From assembly GCA_049669725.1 (NCBI GenBank), contig JBATKU010000672.1, positions 9,286-73,285 of the forward strand: 64,000 bases of DNA, read 5' to 3'. Positions 1 through 8,380 of this stretch are shown here, piece by piece. The position numbers were made by a program, and so were the translations under genes. The notes beneath the pieces are model-generated. The model saw nothing but the letters and a program-made list of their open reading frames with translations. It was not told where the DNA came from and searched no databases. Numbering within the stretch: position 1 is the first letter of the stretch; each line of letters starts with the position of its first letter. Origin of the DNA: Desulfobacterales bacterium. GTDB lineage: Bacteria > Desulfobacterota > Desulfobacteria > Desulfobacterales > JAFDCJ01.

Positions 1-60
1 GCTGTTCAATCAAATTTAAGGTACATTTCGGGCTGCCGCTGTTTGTTTAATTTGCTTTAA

Positions 61-236
61 GAAATCCCAAATTTCAAGCACCAAATTACAAATAAATTTC
101 AAATTCCAATATCCAATGACCGAAACCAATTTGGCATATTTTGACTCATATCCAGGTATTGTTCTTAGGTTTTGAATTTCGAATTTTGGTCATTGTGATT
201 TATTTGAAATTTGGGATTTGTTATTTGAAATTTTTT
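61..236. repeat. Long imperfect intergenic hairpin with arms built of 7-nt units (CAAATNN family)
   Basis: Left arm 61-130 reads as heptads (CAAATTT CAAGCAC CAAATTA CAAATAA ...). Right arm 169-236 is its imperfect reverse complement; AAATCCCAAATTTCAA pairs with TTGAAATTTGGGATTT, and CAATGACCGAAA pairs with TTTTGGTCATTG. Confidence 0.6.
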
Positions 237-266
237 AGTGGTCGCTAAGTTTTGGAGGGTGCTGAA

Positions 267-1082
267 ATGGAATTACAAGGTAAGGTTGCCCTTGTGCTGG
301 GAGCCATTAAGGGTATCGGCAAAGAAATCGGGCTGTCCCTGGCCAAGCACGGGGTAAAGGTAGCCCTGAATTATTTTGACTGGGAAGAAAAACTTGAGGG
401 GCTGAAACAGGATTTCGCCGCTACCGGCCGCCCTCATCTTATCCTTAAAACCAATCTGCTTAAAGTTGAAAAAACAGCCGGCCTGATTCAACGGGTCGTC
501 GATCATTTCGGCCGTCTTGACATTCTCATCAACAATATCGAACGCGGTGGCTGGCCCGTAGTTCACGGACCCTATATACCGGACCAGTGGGACCTTGAAA
601 TGGAGACCACCTTACGTGCCAAACGGTGGGCTTTTGAGGCCGCCCTGCCGCACCTGAAGGCCTCCGGAGACGGTGTCGTCGTCAATTTTTCCTCGATTGC
701 CGCAATCGTCGGACGCAGCGGACCGGCTGGCATGGTTTTCAACGATGGGTATGCGGCTGCTAATCGGGGGGTTTCGTCGTTGACCGAAACCTGGGCCCGC
801 CTGGGCGCCCCCCGGGTAAGGGTAAACGAGATCATGCTGGGCTTCGTCGCCACCCGTCACGCAGAAAAAACCCGGGGTTGGGATTTGCTGACCGAGGCTG
901 AGAAAAAAGCGCTTTTCGATCACACCCTGCTGCAACGCACCGGAACGGTGGACGATGTCGTTAAAGCCGTTCTCTTTATCCTCAAGGATGCGTCCTTTAT
1001 GACCGGCGCCGTGCTGCGACTGGATGGGGGGTATGTGCTGGGGGGCGAAAAAGTTCCCGATATGCCTCCCGGTGTGGTTTAG
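267..1082 (+). CDS. Short-chain dehydrogenase/reductase (SDR) family oxidoreductase
   Basis: ORF 252-1082. GGAGGG at 254-259 precedes ATG 267. It has an N-terminal Rossmann glycine motif (GAIKGIG) and an SDR-like layout. The expected YxxxK reads YAAAN(R), so it is atypical. Confidence 0.75.
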   Translation: MELQGKVALVLGAIKGIGKEIGLSLAKHGVKVALNYFDWEEKLEGLKQDFAATGRPHLILKTNLLKVEKTAGLIQRVVDHFGRLDILINNIERGGWPVVHGPYIPDQWDLEMETTLRAKRWAFEAALPHLKASGDGVVVNFSSIAAIVGRSGPAGMVFNDGYAAANRGVSSLTETWARLGAPRVRVNEIMLGFVATRHAEKTRGWDLLTEAEKKALFDHTLLQRTGTVDDVVKAVLFILKDASFMTGAVLRLDGGYVLGGEKVPDMPPGVV

Positions 1083-1110
1083 TAGCGTATTAAAAATCCT
1101 GCGGTTTGAG

Positions 1111-1250
1111 TCTAAGATACTCGATGCTGAATGCTCGATTCTCGTCTCTCGATACTCGATGAACGAGCAGCAAAATGGTCCTTACCGAGTATCGAGCATC
1201 CGGCATCGAGGATCCAGTATCAAATATCCAGCATCCAGAATCATGCATCG
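1111..1250. repeat. Heptamer-array hairpin between convergent genes
   Basis: Left arm: GATACTC GATGCTG AATGCTC GATTCTC GTCTCTC GATACTC GATGAAC. Right arm: ATCGAGC ATCCGGC ATCGAGG ATCCAGT ATCAAAT ATCCAGC ATCCAGA ATCATGC. The arms are mutually complementary (imperfectly). Confidence 0.75.
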
Positions 1251-1254
1251 CGCC

Positions 1255-2037
1255 CTATCGCAGGCGAATGTTTTTCCCCTTAATTCCCCAGATAAAGAGC
1301 TTGACCCACTCAAATCCGAACTTGAGCAATTGCAGATCGTCGGTTTTTAGCTTTTTGAGTAAAGCGGATTTTACCTTGTAGCGCCCTAAAAAACTGCTTT
1401 GGAAAATAAAATCCCGGAAGCGGTCGATATTGTATGTCGCCATGAAAGCCATTTTGGCTTTCGTTCCCTCGGAGCCTTCCATTCCCCAGGGATCTTCCTG
1501 GAACAGTCGTTTTACCTCTGCCCACCGCATGGTCATCTTGCGGTAAAGTTCTGCATCCTGATCCCGGGTCCATTCGGATATGGTCCACTCCTCTTTTTCA
1601 TCCTGCCCGCGGCAAAATTCCGGCGGTTTGAAGAAGTATACCGGCGTGTCTCTTTTCTGATCGGCATCATAGATCATCCCCACTTCGAAGGGAAAGGACC
1701 GGCAGGTATCCGGTCGGTCGGGATAAACGCGACACCCGGAAGCGGTCAAAAAAGGGCAGGATCTCTCCCGGGTTGACGACATGCGCAGCAGCACTTCAGG
1801 AAAGAAATTGGAAGGCCTTAGCACAACATCGACATGTTTATCTAGAAACTCATCTGAGGTTATACCCATGTATTGCTTTAACCGGACAACATCGTAAGGG
1901 TACAAATAAAGGTTCAAATTTCGGCAACAACGATTGAAGCAAGAAACATCAGAATAACAGCGAAAATTGAAGGTGTCATCCTTTTTAATGCGAATGCCGG
2001 GCAGGTTGCCTAATTTGTCAATATCAACTTTTTTCAT
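1255..2037 (-). CDS. YkgJ/UPF0153-type cysteine-cluster (putative Fe-S or Zn) protein
   Basis: 260-aa ORF with CFNRCCRN (CxxCC) and a second CPFL...C.VYPDRPDTCRSFP motif typical of the family. Confidence 0.7.
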   Translation of the reverse strand: MKKVDIDKLGNLPGIRIKKDDTFNFRCYSDVSCFNRCCRNLNLYLYPYDVVRLKQYMGITSDEFLDKHVDVVLRPSNFFPEVLLRMSSTRERSCPFLTASGCRVYPDRPDTCRSFPFEVGMIYDADQKRDTPVYFFKPPEFCRGQDEKEEWTISEWTRDQDAELYRKMTMRWAEVKRLFQEDPWGMEGSEGTKAKMAFMATYNIDRFRDFIFQSSFLGRYKVKSALLKKLKTDDLQLLKFGFEWVKLFIWGIKGKNIRLR

Positions 2038-2043
2038 AAAACC

Positions 2044-2117
2044 AAGGTGTCAGGTTTCAGGTGTCGGGTTTCAGAAATCCTGACCCGCAGAAATTGAAAC
2101 CTGACACCTGAAACCTT
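2044..2117. repeat. Heptamer-array hairpin (GGTGTCA/GGTTTCA units)
   Basis: GGTGTCA GGTTTCA GGTGTCG GGTTTCA faces TTGAAACCTGACACCTGAAACC. It fills the gap between two same-strand genes. Confidence 0.75.
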
Positions 2118-2120
2118 GCA

Positions 2121-2735
2121 TCAGTCCTTTTTCATTTGCGTTATACTCAAGATCATCTCAGCCACAGTCATTTTGATCTTACCCTCTATCCCAACCGTCT
2201 GTTTAAATTCGTTCTCCAGCTTAGCCATCTCTAAATAAAAGGGGGTTCGATCGAACTTAAAATAACCTTTGTGCGAACAACAATCATCAAAGGTGCCACA
2301 ACCCGGTCCCTGGATGACCTTTTGACCGGGTTTTTGAAGTTGGTGCGGAATGCCGTGCATCCGGCATATCATAGGTCTGACTGGATACAGGGTGCACAGG
2401 CTGCCATAATTCAACGGACACATCAGCCGTAACGGCATTTCTTTTTCATCTGCTCTGGCAGTGTCCCGGCAGACTTCTTCGGCCTTTGAAAGTATCTCGC
2501 CCTTTTTTCGAAAGTCCAGTTTTTCAAAACCCCTGCGAAGATAGTAATATTCCAGATAGGTATGATGATAGAAGCGGGTCAGGCAGCAATTATCCCTACA
2601 CCCGTCACACTGAAATTGATAGTGCTCGGTTGCCCGGTTATATTCCTGGTCCATGGCGGTAAAAATATCTCGCAACCGCTCAAGGAAATCAGTCAAAAGG
2701 CGGTCATCAAATTGAATTGGATTCGGTTCTAACAC
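2121..2735 (-). CDS. YkgJ-type cysteine-cluster protein (paralogous architecture)
   Basis: 204-aa ORF with CDGCRDNCC and MCPL..C.LYPVRPMICR motifs. Confidence 0.65.
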   Translation of the reverse strand: MLEPNPIQFDDRLLTDFLERLRDIFTAMDQEYNRATEHYQFQCDGCRDNCCLTRFYHHTYLEYYYLRRGFEKLDFRKKGEILSKAEEVCRDTARADEKEMPLRLMCPLNYGSLCTLYPVRPMICRMHGIPHQLQKPGQKVIQGPGCGTFDDCCSHKGYFKFDRTPFYLEMAKLENEFKQTVGIEGKIKMTVAEMILSITQMKKD

Positions 2736-2749
2736 AATTTAAACAAACC

Positions 2750-3808
2750 TTAGACAACAGGGGACGGGAAAAAGATTTTTTTATATAAATTCAGGGCATA
2801 ACGGTCGGTCATGGAGGCGATGACGTCACAGACAGTGCGTTCTTTGGTGTGATGGCTGTTGTAGCACCTGTCCATTTTCAGTTCGGCCAGCTTCTGTTCA
2901 AGGATTTGATCATTTCCAAGAAAATAGCTGTATAGCTCTGACAATATCTTTTTGGCTTTTTCAAAATCTTTATGAACTTTTGCTGAACGATACACGTTTT
3001 CGTAGAGAAATTGTCTCAACTCATTCATGGCAGCGTATACATCATCGGTCATTTGCAGTCGAAGTTCACCGTCCCGAACTTCACTGGTGGAAATAAGATC
3101 CCGAATCATTACCGTAGCCCGCTCTGAATGGGATTTCCCCAGGATTTTTATACAGGCTGGCGGCACCTGTGAGGCACGAACCACCTGGCTGCGAATCGCA
3201 TCTTCCAGGTCATGGTTCAGGTAGGCCATGATATCGGCAATTCTGACGATTTGCCCCTCATAAGTGCATGCCATTTCAGCAGGATCATCGGGGATGATTT
3301 TACCGAACCCCTTGGAGTGTTTCAATATCCCGTCTCTAACCTCATAGGTCAGATTGAGTCCCTGCCCATTATTCTCCAAGATCTCCACAACACGCAAACT
3401 CTGTTCGTTGTGTGAAAAATCCGCGGAATAAATTTCTTTTAGAGCAGTCTCACCGCTGTGCCCGAAGGGCGTATGGCCAAGATCGTGCCCCAGGGCGACG
3501 GCCTCTGCCAAATCCTCGTTGAGAAACAGAGCCCGCGTAATAGCTCTGGCCATTTGCGACACTTCCAGGGTGTGGGTTAATCGGGTCCGGTAATCATCGC
3601 CCAACGGAGAAAGAAAAACCTGGGTTTTGTGCTTAAGCCGACGGAAGCCGTTGGAATAAACAATGCGATCGCGATCCAGTTGAAAGGCCGTTCGGACCGG
3701 ACAATTCTTTTCCTCCTTTTCACGACCCCGACTTTCAGCACTCGGGCAGCCAAATGGTGACATAAATTTCTTTTCGCGTTTTTCAAATTCTTCCCGGATA
3801 GACATCAT
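2750..3808 (-). CDS. dGTP triphosphohydrolase-like HD-domain protein
   Basis: 352-aa ORF with RLTHTLEVSQ and GHDLGHTPFGHSGE (HD superfamily, dGTPase-like). Confidence 0.85.
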   Translation of the reverse strand: MMSIREEFEKREKKFMSPFGCPSAESRGREKEEKNCPVRTAFQLDRDRIVYSNGFRRLKHKTQVFLSPLGDDYRTRLTHTLEVSQMARAITRALFLNEDLAEAVALGHDLGHTPFGHSGETALKEIYSADFSHNEQSLRVVEILENNGQGLNLTYEVRDGILKHSKGFGKIIPDDPAEMACTYEGQIVRIADIMAYLNHDLEDAIRSQVVRASQVPPACIKILGKSHSERATVMIRDLISTSEVRDGELRLQMTDDVYAAMNELRQFLYENVYRSAKVHKDFEKAKKILSELYSYFLGNDQILEQKLAELKMDRCYNSHHTKERTVCDVIASMTDRYALNLYKKIFFPSPVV

Positions 3809-3883
3809 TCACCCTACTTAACAAAGTTGAAAAAGGTGTTATATTACCTCCAAGTATGTTTTATTGTAAAGGAATATATCATC

Positions 3884-4040
3884 CGTTCCGGGTTCAGGGT
3901 TCAAGAGTTCAAGGTTAGGTCAAATCTGATTGTCAGAAAAATGGCCTTAAACAATGAATCCGCCAAAGATCTGCCCACCAACAGCGGCCTTTTCTCGGAT
4001 CCTATACCCCTGAACGGTGAACCCTGAACCCGGAACCTTC
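3884..4040. repeat. Heptamer-array hairpin (GGGTTCA units) in a divergent promoter gap
   Basis: TTCCGGGTTCAGGGTTCA (3886-3903) pairs exactly with TGAACCCTGAACCCGGAA (4018-4035). The listed ORF 3827-4027 lies inside it and is probably an artefact. Confidence 0.75.
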
Positions 4041-4044
4041 AATC

Positions 4045-4596
4045 ATGAATGGACACCATTTAATACTGGGGGAACTCGACGATTTCGTCACCGGCGAACC
4101 CATAAAAGATACCCACGATGAGCGTTACCGTCAACAACTGGCGCGTCTGATAGTCAATAGCAAGGGGTATCTCAAAAGCGACATCGAGCCGCGCAGAAGC
4201 CTGCTTGTAGTGGCCGGTAAAAGCAAGGCCGTTATAAAAATTGATTTCTTGATAAAACTCTCCGGCAAAGTTTGCATGGTCATAAAGTACGGCCCCGGCT
4301 CCATTGTCACGCGCCGTCGACCGCTTCTGGCCATATCCAGGATATTAGAACCCTATCAGATCCCCATCGCGGTGGTTACCAACGGCGAAGATGCCGAGAT
4401 TATTGAAGGATCATCGGGGAATGTCATTTCCCGGGGTTTGGGAACCGTACCTTCCAAATCACAATTGATTGAAATTGCGTCCGGAAATCATTTTAAACCG
4501 ATTGCAGCCGAACGGGCAGAAAGGGAATCCCGAATCGTGTATTGCTATGAGGTGGACGGAAGCTGTCCGTGCGATGAGGATATATGTATATTATAA
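4045..4596 (+). CDS. Type I restriction enzyme HsdR N-terminal-like (PD-(D/E)xK-like) domain protein with a Cys-rich C-terminus
   Basis: 183-aa ORF whose pattern (..IDFLI..VCMVIKYG.....IAVVTNGEDAEI) resembles the HSDR_N_2 family. Assigned from memory of the family only. Confidence 0.45.
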   Translation: MNGHHLILGELDDFVTGEPIKDTHDERYRQQLARLIVNSKGYLKSDIEPRRSLLVVAGKSKAVIKIDFLIKLSGKVCMVIKYGPGSIVTRRRPLLAISRILEPYQIPIAVVTNGEDAEIIEGSSGNVISRGLGTVPSKSQLIEIASGNHFKPIAAERAERESRIVYCYEVDGSCPCDEDICIL

Positions 4597-4661
4597 ATGA
4601 TAGTGACAACTCTGAACGATTGCGTTACTTATCCACCTATGCTGAAGACCATACAGAATGC

Positions 4662-4822
4662 TTAAAATCAGAAATTCGAATATCTAAATTCGAAGCACAA
4701 AAATCTAATGACAAAAACATAAAACGAATATAGCTGATGTAAGGTCGCGTTGTTTTGTTCATTGAAACATTATGATTTCGAATTTGTTTCGGATTTCGAA
4801 ATTCGTGCTTTGAATTTATACT
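4662..4822. repeat. Heptamer-array hairpin (AAATTCG units)
   Basis: GAAATTC GAATATC TAAATTC GAAGCAC AAAAATC ... faces GATTTCGAATTTGTTTCGGATTTCGAAATTCGTGCTTTGAATTT. Confidence 0.65.
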
Positions 4823-4892
4823 TTTTTTAGGGCTTATTTCCAGCACCGTGTAATTGGTATATACACAATAAAACTTTACGATCGGCGAAAAA

Positions 4893-5393
4893 ATGAATTA
4901 TGAACTATTCATGACAGAGGCTCTGGCCCTGGCCGGGGGTGCGCTCGAACGCGGAGAGTTCCCGGTGGGTTGTGTTATGGTCCATCGGGGGAAAATCCTT
5001 GCTACCGGTGCCCGTAAAGGCACCATCGGAGATGGTAGAAATGAGCTTGACCATGCCGAAACGGTGGCCTTGAGGCGATTGATTGACCTCGATGAGCCAA
5101 TCAACCATGGTGAGGTAACCGTTTTCTGCACAATGGAACCCTGCCTGATGTGCTATGCCGCCCTGATTCTTGCAGGTATCGGCAAAATAGTATACGCCTA
5201 CGAAGATGTCATGGGCGGCGGCAGCGCTTGTGAGCTGTCTCGTCTGAAACCGCTCTACAAAAATAGCCCTATCACGGTGATCCCCGAAGTCATGCGAACG
5301 GAAAGCCTCAAATTATTTCAGACCTATTTTTCCAATCCGGCCAACAGTTACTGGAAAAACAGCCTACTGGCCGAATATACGCTGGCGCAATAG
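4893..5393 (+). CDS. CMP/dCMP-type zinc deaminase (TadA/nucleoside deaminase-like)
   Basis: HAE (..LDHAETVAL..) and PCxxC (EPCLMCYAAL) zinc motifs; 166 aa. Confidence 0.8.
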   Translation: MNYELFMTEALALAGGALERGEFPVGCVMVHRGKILATGARKGTIGDGRNELDHAETVALRRLIDLDEPINHGEVTVFCTMEPCLMCYAALILAGIGKIVYAYEDVMGGGSACELSRLKPLYKNSPITVIPEVMRTESLKLFQTYFSNPANSYWKNSLLAEYTLAQ

Positions 5394-5492
5394 GGTTCAA
5401 AGGTCTGGGTTTTGGCAAATGTAAAACCAGCGGAAATATAACAACGAAGGATATCGCGGCTTCGCAACCCTGAAACTTGAACCTCTGAACCC
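5393..5492. repeat. Heptamer-array hairpin (GGGTTCA family)
   Basis: GGGTTCAAAGGTCTGGGTTTTGG faces CAACCCTGAAACTTGAACCTCTGAACCC. It starts right at the deaminase stop codon. Confidence 0.65.
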
Positions 5493-5708
5493 ATAAAGCC
5501 TATTTTATAGCCCTAATTGAAAATTTCGCTTGCATTTTTTTCTTGCATTTCTTATTTTTGTTGTATATTCAACCAGATGGATTTTTGTTGAAACGGGGGG
5601 AGGATTCGGTCACCGCTGATAAACGGTATTTAAAGGACTGAGAGCCCTCTAACATGTTTGCCTGCAATCGCAAACCAACGTCATAATTGATAAACGAGGA
5701 GATAAGAC

Positions 5709-6248
5709 ATAGCTGCACCAAGAAAACCGCATCGACCGATTCGTAAAGACAGAGTTAACATCAACAAAAATATCAGGGCTAGAGAGGTAAGAGTTATAGA
5801 CCCTGATGGTAACCAGGTAGGCATTATTCCTACGATAGAGGCGCTTGACCAGGCAGCTGAATTCGGTCTCGACCTGGTGGAAGTTTCACCCAATGCAAAC
5901 CCTCCTGTTTGCAAAATTATGGATTACGGTCGCTATCGTTATGAGCAGACCAAAAAGAAGCAGGAAGCAAAAAAGAAACAAAGCACATTCCAGGTAAAGG
6001 AGATTAAAGTTCGCCCCAAGACGGGTGAACATGATCTGCAGGTCAAAATCGGACACATAAAGAAGTTTATCGGTCGCCGAGATAAAGTCAAAGTGACCGT
6101 GGTTTTCAGAGGACGAGAAATCACCCTGTCCAAGCTGGGGATGGCCGTGCTCGAAAAAGTTGCCGAGGAGACCGAGGAATTCGCTTCAGTAGAGCAGGCC
6201 CCCAAATTTGAAGGCCGAACCCTGGCAATGATTTTAGGACCGAGATAG
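5709..6248 (+). CDS. infC: Translation initiation factor IF-3, non-AUG (ATA) start
   Basis: The frame of ORF 5877-6248 stays open back to a TAA at 5703. The extension reads ..INKNIRAREVRVIDPDGNQVGIIPTIEALDQAAEFGLDLVEV, a canonical IF-3 N-domain. GAGGAG at 5695-5700 sits 8 nt before ATA 5709, and no in-frame ATG lies upstream of 5910. Confidence 0.85.
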   Translation: MAAPRKPHRPIRKDRVNINKNIRAREVRVIDPDGNQVGIIPTIEALDQAAEFGLDLVEVSPNANPPVCKIMDYGRYRYEQTKKKQEAKKKQSTFQVKEIKVRPKTGEHDLQVKIGHIKKFIGRRDKVKVTVVFRGREITLSKLGMAVLEKVAEETEEFASVEQAPKFEGRTLAMILGPR

Positions 6249-6316
6249 TTTGACGTTTTATACCGCTAATACAAGGCACCGACCAAGAAACTAATTACAG
6301 TATTGATTCTGACGGT

Positions 6317-6356
6317 GGCGTGGGCCGGTCTTCGAAAGCTCACGCCATCTATTTTT
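6317..6356 (+). terminator. Hairpin plus T-tract downstream of infC (possible attenuator or terminator)
   Basis: GGCGTGGGC-12 nt-GCTCACGCC (one mismatch) followed by ATCTATTTTT. Confidence 0.35.
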
Positions 6357-6534
6357 AATTACTCTACAAAAATACTAATTTTTCGCCGGCTTAGATTTTA
6401 TACCGCTTTCCATAAATATGTTCCCAAATACAGAATTGCGGTATAAGTGGTTGTAGAAAAAACGTTTGAACAACGGAACGTTTTTTTGACAACTCCTATA
6501 AAATGTTTAAGCTGGCAGGTGAAGGAGAAGATTC

Positions 6535-6732
6535 ATGCCGAAGATAAAAACCAATCGTGCTGCTGCCAAACGTTTTAAAAGAACCGGAACTGGAAAATTT
6601 GTATTCAGAAAATCATGCGCCAGCCATATCCTGACCAAAAAGACCACCAAACGAAAACGATCGTTGCGGCAAGCACAGATTATTGCCAAATCCGACCGTA
6701 AGGAGATCCGGTTGCTGCTGCCCAACGGATAG
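6535..6732 (+). CDS. rpmI: 50S ribosomal protein L35
   Basis: [22 protein letters not shown]... is a canonical L35 N-terminus. GGAG lies upstream. Confidence 0.95.
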   Translation: MPKIKTNRAAAKRFKRTGTGKFVFRKSCASHILTKKTTKRKRSLRQAQIIAKSDRKEIRLLLPNG

Positions 6733-6879
6733 TTTTACAGATGACAAAAGGCAGATGGCAGAGAGTGACGGTCCAAACGATCGCAATTTATCCCATGAAA
6801 TTCTCTTGGCGACAGCGCAGCGTATTTCATCGGGACCATCAAAATGATCTTAACGATCTAAATAAACGAGGTACTTAAA

Positions 6880-7230
6880 ATGAGAATTAAACGCGGATTC
6901 AAAGCCAGGAGACGTCGCAAAAAGGTCTTGAAATTAGCCAAAGGTTTCCGCGGCGGCCGGAGTAAGCTGTTTCGTACAGCAGCAGATGCCGTCGATAAGG
7001 CGCTGATGTATTCTTATCGTGACCGCCGAACGCGCAAGCGCGATTTCCGAAGACTCTGGATTACCAGAATTAATGCTGCCTCCCGGCTCAACAAATTGCC
7101 CTACAGCAAATTCATTCGGGGGCTGAAGCTTGCCGGTGTTGAACTCGATCGCAAAGTTCTCGCCGAGCTGGCAATCTCAGACCCTGCCGGATTTGCGCAA
7201 ATTGCGAACCTAGCCGGCCAGCAACTATAG
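6880..7230 (+). CDS. rplT: 50S ribosomal protein L20
   Basis: [25 protein letters not shown]... is canonical L20. Confidence 0.95.
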   Translation: MRIKRGFKARRRRKKVLKLAKGFRGGRSKLFRTAADAVDKALMYSYRDRRTRKRDFRRLWITRINAASRLNKLPYSKFIRGLKLAGVELDRKVLAELAISDPAGFAQIANLAGQQL

Positions 7231-7233
7231 GGA

Positions 7234-8277
7234 ATGACGAATGACATTCGTCATTCCAAGAGTGGAGATGTGGAAAATAATTTAGATCAAATACACCAGC
7301 AAGCACTCACAGAACTGAAAGGTGCTGAAAATGGCGGTGACATTGAGGATATCTCGATCCGCTACCTGGGTCGCAAAGGCATCCTGACCCAATTTTTACG
7401 AAATATTTCGAAACTGCCGGTCGTGCAAAGACCGGCGGCCGGCAAAAAGGCCAACGAAATTAAAAATGTCCTCGATAAGGTCTTTAAAGCTGCGGCTGAA
7501 AGGCTCGCATCCAAGAATGACGAAAAGGACAAAAGAATTGACGTCTCCCTGCCGGGCAGGATATCTACTCAAGGCACTTTGCATCCGATTACCCGGGTCA
7601 ACCAGGAAATATGTGACATTTTTTCTAGCCTGGGATTCGATATCGGAGAAGGACCGGAGGTAGAGTCGGACTGGTATAATTTTGAAGCCCTCAATTTTCC
7701 CAAAGATCATCCGGCAAGGGACATGCAGGATACCTTTTTTGTCAGCGAGGACATCGTATTAAGGACCCACACGTCGCCGCTTCAAATCCGTACCATGGAA
7801 AAACAGCCGCCGCCGGTAAGGATTATCACACCGGGTAAGGTGTACCGGTGCGATTCCGACCTGACCCATACCCCCATGTTCCACCAGGTGGAAGGGTTGC
7901 TGGTTGATGAATACATTTCTTTTGGCGATCTTAAAGGAATTCTCACCACCTTTGTCCACCAGATGTTTGATGAACAGACGAGTCTCCGTTTTCGGCCCAG
8001 TTTTTTTCCGTTTACCGAACCCAGTGCAGAGGTGGATATCCTTTGCGTCATGTGCCGGGGTCAGGGTTGCCGGGTCTGCTCACATACCGGATGGCTCGAA
8101 ATTCTCGGTTCCGGAATGGTTCACCCCGCCCTGTATGAGAATGTGGGCTATGAAGCCGATCGCTACACCGGGTTTGCATTCGGGATGGGAGTGGAACGAA
8201 TTGCCATGTTAAAATACGGCATCGATGATATCCGCCGGTTTTTTGAGAACGATATGCGGTTTCTGTTCCAATTCTGA
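7234..8277 (+). CDS. pheS: Phenylalanine--tRNA ligase alpha subunit
   Basis: 347 aa with class II aaRS motifs (..HPARDMQDTFF.., FRPSFFPFTEPS, GFAFGMGVERIAML). Confidence 0.95.
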   Translation: MTNDIRHSKSGDVENNLDQIHQQALTELKGAENGGDIEDISIRYLGRKGILTQFLRNISKLPVVQRPAAGKKANEIKNVLDKVFKAAAERLASKNDEKDKRIDVSLPGRISTQGTLHPITRVNQEICDIFSSLGFDIGEGPEVESDWYNFEALNFPKDHPARDMQDTFFVSEDIVLRTHTSPLQIRTMEKQPPPVRIITPGKVYRCDSDLTHTPMFHQVEGLLVDEYISFGDLKGILTTFVHQMFDEQTSLRFRPSFFPFTEPSAEVDILCVMCRGQGCRVCSHTGWLEILGSGMVHPALYENVGYEADRYTGFAFGMGVERIAMLKYGIDDIRRFFENDMRFLFQF

Positions 8278-8380
8278 GGGTCATCTAAAATACCGAGCAC
8301 CAAAAACACGATGAATTGAGCATAATTCCGGTTTTGTTAAATAACGTCAACTAACCGTATAATTTATTTATTAGAAGAAA

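Noticed and set aside
3827-4027. 66-aa ORF between the dGTPase-like and HsdR_N-like genes.
   Set aside because: It lies entirely within the heptamer-array hairpin 3884-4040. Its sequence (..RSGFRVQEFKVRSN..) is just the translated repeat.
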